From Syntrophales bacterium (GTDB lineage: Bacteria; Desulfobacterota; Syntrophia; Syntrophales; UBA2210), in contig CAXXKT010000001.1 in NCBI GenBank assembly GCA_963662405.2, forward strand, positions 256,001 through 320,000: a stretch of 64,000 nt of DNA. The letters run 5' to 3'. Numbering within the stretch: the stretch's first letter is position 1; each line of letters opens with the position of its first letter. Below are positions 60,937 to 64,000 of this stretch, piece by piece. The position numbers and the translations under genes are program-made. The notes under the pieces are model-generated. The model was not told the origin of the DNA. It was given only the letters and a program-made list of their open reading frames with translations, and made no database searches.

Positions 60937-63900
60937 ATGAACAAATCCAGAATTCATGCTCATTACACATTTATATTAACCGTAATCTTTCTGATTGTAC
61001 TGGGCATAGGTATTACTAGGGGAGGCAATGCAGCGACGATTGATGTTTATGTAAAAAACGTCAATGGTGCTTATGTACAAAATGCGTCTGTAAAGCTCTA
61101 CAATGTTTCTTGGGTGCCGCTTGCAACAAAGAGAGAGGTGGTCGGGTTTCTTTGGACAGGTAACAGGGATTTATAAGTGGGAAGTTGCCCTGTGTTTGTG
61201 TTCATGCCGCAGCCTGTCCCTGTGGTAGTGACTCAAAATAAACCATAGCCGGTGTCTTCCTGTCAAAAGTATTGTGCCACCGTTTCTCGTTGTAGAATTG
61301 AAAGTAGTCGGTAAGCCCTTTCTTCAACTCTTTCATTGAACCGTATGCATTCAGATAGATATCTTCGTACTTGACGCTCTTCCAGAGCCGTTCGATAAAG
61401 ACATTATCCATCCATCGACCCTTACCATCCATGCTGATGGAGATGTCATGAGAGCGAAGGACATCAGTGAATGCCTCTGAGGTAAACTGACTGCCCTGAT
61501 CGGTGTTGAAAATATCCGGGCACCCATACGTGGAGAGAGCTTCTTCCAAAGCATCCACACAAAACGCACTGTCCAACGTATTCGACAGCCGCCAGGAGAG
61601 GACCATCCGACTCGCCCAGTCCATAACGGCTACCAGATAACAGAACCCTCGTTCCATGGGAATATACGTGATATCGGCAGACCATACGTGGTTGGGACGG
61701 ATGATATCAAGTCCCCGTAACAGATACGGATATATCGGGTGCTGGGGATGCTTTATCGATAATCTCGGCTTGATGTACAACGCCTCGATCCCCATGCGAC
61801 GCATCAACCGACGTACCTTATCACGTCCGATATCATACCCTCTCTGCCACAGCTCATTGCGAATCTTCCGACTCCCATAGAAGGGATACTGAAGATGAAT
61901 CTCATCGATCTGACGCATCAGCTCCAGATCCTTCGTGCTGACTGGAACCGGGGTGTAGTACACACTCGATCGGGACAGTTCCAAGAGTTCGCATTGACGG
62001 GTTATGGGCACACTCTTTTCTCTCTTGATCATCGCTTTGCGCTCGTTCCGTTGATGCGACCGAGCGCATGTGATAAAAAATCATTCTCCATCGATAACTG
62101 TCCGATCTTGGCGTGAAGTTCTTTCACATCCGGACCCTGGTTGTCCTTATGACCCTTGCCAAATACGTCCGATGCATGATCCAACAGCTGCTTCTTCCAT
62201 GCAGTAATCTGGTTCGGGTGAACCTGATACCGCTCGGCAAGCTCAACGATCGTCTGGTCCCCTTTCAGGGCCTCCAATGCCACCTTCGCCTTGAAGGATG
62301 GTGCATGATTCCTCCGTGGTCTCTTGCTCATATCTCTTTCCTCCTTACCTCTACTATAGAGCAACTTCACCACTTATGCACCTGTCCAAATTTGCCCGAC
62401 CAGCTCTGAGTACGGATGCAAACGGATATGTGAGATTTGCGCTCCTGGACTATGGAACTTATCATTACGAAGTCCGGTATACAGGGGATACTGTGGAGTT
62501 TTGGGGTAGTGATGAGAATATTTCACTCCAACAGCCTCTTATCACGCGTTCTTTCACCCGCAACTGGCCTTATAAACACGATGAGGAATTGCCTTCTAAT
62601 CCTTATGTTGGTGAGGATGTGCAACTGAAATGCACCGTTAAAAACAACTTATCCTATTCCAGAAATGTCAGAGTTGAACTCTGGGTCGACAGAAACAAAA
62701 GTAGCTCTTGGGATTTTTATGAACTTAGCTCAGCACAAACGGTCTCGGGAAATGGCGATACAAAGACTTTTACCTTTGAAATAACACCTAATAGCTCTGG
62801 AACATACTATTGGAAGGCATATGTGCGGAGTTGGAACGATGGATCGGATGCTTTCCTTGTTACTGACACAACCGGGTGGAATACAGCTTTTACCGCCAGT
62901 TATCAAACAGGTTCTGTCGCCATCTATGTTGAGAACATAAACGGCACAAGGACCCAAGGGTGCGAGGTCATTCTGGATGATGATATTGAGATTACGGATT
63001 CATCTGGCAAGGCAACTTTTTCATCTGTGCGTTATGGAGATTATCACTATGAGGTGTATTACGATGGAACCGGCACCAAGGAGTTCTGGGGAAATGATCA
63101 AATTACTGTTGACAGCTCATCAGAGTTAGACACCTTCCGCCGCAATTGGCCGTATAAAAGCAGTGAATTGCTCCCGAGTGATCCGAACATTGGTCAGAAT
63201 GTTCAGATACAAATAACGGCTAAAAACAACCTTTCGTTTTCGCGGAATGTGAAGGTGGAACTGTGGGTTGACAGAGATAAAAACAGCGCTTGGGATTTTC
63301 ATGAGCTTAGCGGGTACCAGTCAATCTCTGGAAGCGGTGGCACCAAAGTGTTTATCTTCAATATAATTCCCAATACTTCGGGGACTCATTACTGGAAGGC
63401 ACACATTTTGAGTTGGAACGATGGTGCGGGCAATTATATCGTAACGGATACGACTGGATGGGAGACTGCATTCAACGTTTCAGGAGAACCACTACCACCT
63501 CTAACAGGGCGAATCGTATTTCATCGTGATTCTGATAACTACAACTCTCCACATCCAGCAAATACTCCTGATGACGGCCATGTGTTTGTTTATAATCTTG
63601 CATGTGGGATTTCTCCGTCTAAAGTAACGAACGGTTTAGACTTGGGCAATGCCATGAATCCCCACTTTTCCCCAGATGGATCGAAAATAACCTTTATGGC
63701 CATTCCCAGCGGCCAGTCCTTATCTTGGGATTATATGCGAGTTTATGTGCTCGATCTCGCGGACAATTCGCTCAGCGACCTCGGTATTGGTCAAGATCCT
63801 AAATTTTCACCTGAACCACCATTTATAATTTTCAAAGGATGGGACTCTAACACAAATGAGTGGCAGATATGCAAGATGCAGTCTGATGGGAGTCAACGGG

Positions 63901-64000
63901 TGCGAATTACAGATACTGTGGGAGAGAAATCAGGACCGAATTACTCCCCTGATGGTCATCATATCGTGTACTGGCTCAATGCCAAGGAAAATGCGGATAT
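60937..64000 (+). pseudogene. Large secreted protein (two ~195-aa beta-rich repeats, then TolB/PD40-like repeats) interrupted by IS3; runs off the window
   Basis: Removing the IS restores ..PLATK-STDANGYVRF..; EFWG..RNWPYK..VELWVDR..YWKA..TDTTGW occurs twice; FSPDG/YSPDG. Confidence 0.82.
61134..62407 (-). mobile_element. IS3-family element, copy 2 (1274 bp)
   Basis: Same IRs as copy 1; target duplication GAG; orfA 62029-62331 and orfB 61202-62032, with a few residue differences from copy 1. Confidence 0.93.

Noticed and set aside
54966..62407. Composite transposon or inversion formed by the two inverted IS3 copies
   Set aside because: Each copy has its own target duplication (ATC/ATC and GAG/GAG) and restores its own flanks, so they are independent insertions

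Overview
Three zones, probably from an anaerobic deltaproteobacterium (inferred from gene content only). (1) 1-12.46 kb is the early/integration end of a temperate prophage. It carries an iteron-type origin, a P4-like primase-helicase, a DNA methyltransferase, a cI/cro switch and a tyrosine integrase, and ends at a displaced 3' half of tRNA-Arg(CCT). It also holds an IS200. (2) 12.5-37 kb is GC-rich host DNA: a group IIC intron, RNase D, a Na+ symporter, three Hsp20s, an ABC transporter with a four-domain binding protein and a STAS protein, multi-PAS HD-GYP and hybrid-kinase genes, and a decayed transposase. (3) From about 37.1 kb to the end is a genomic island with lower, mosaic GC, bounded by a tmRNA-like fragment. 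The most striking signal is in this island. Two attC-bounded cassette arrays, one of five lipoproteins and one of two nuclease/STAND defence-type genes, each lie between the same two non-coding repeats. Upstream is an ~180-bp TTGACA-leader-terminator element ('A', 3 copies plus 1 partial). Downstream is an ~67-bp element starting at the final GTT crossover ('B', 3 copies). No integron integrase is in the window. A second notable signal is the IIC intron inserted exactly at the right-end cleavage point of a 48-bp miniature IS200. All calls are by eye, and no database searches were run.
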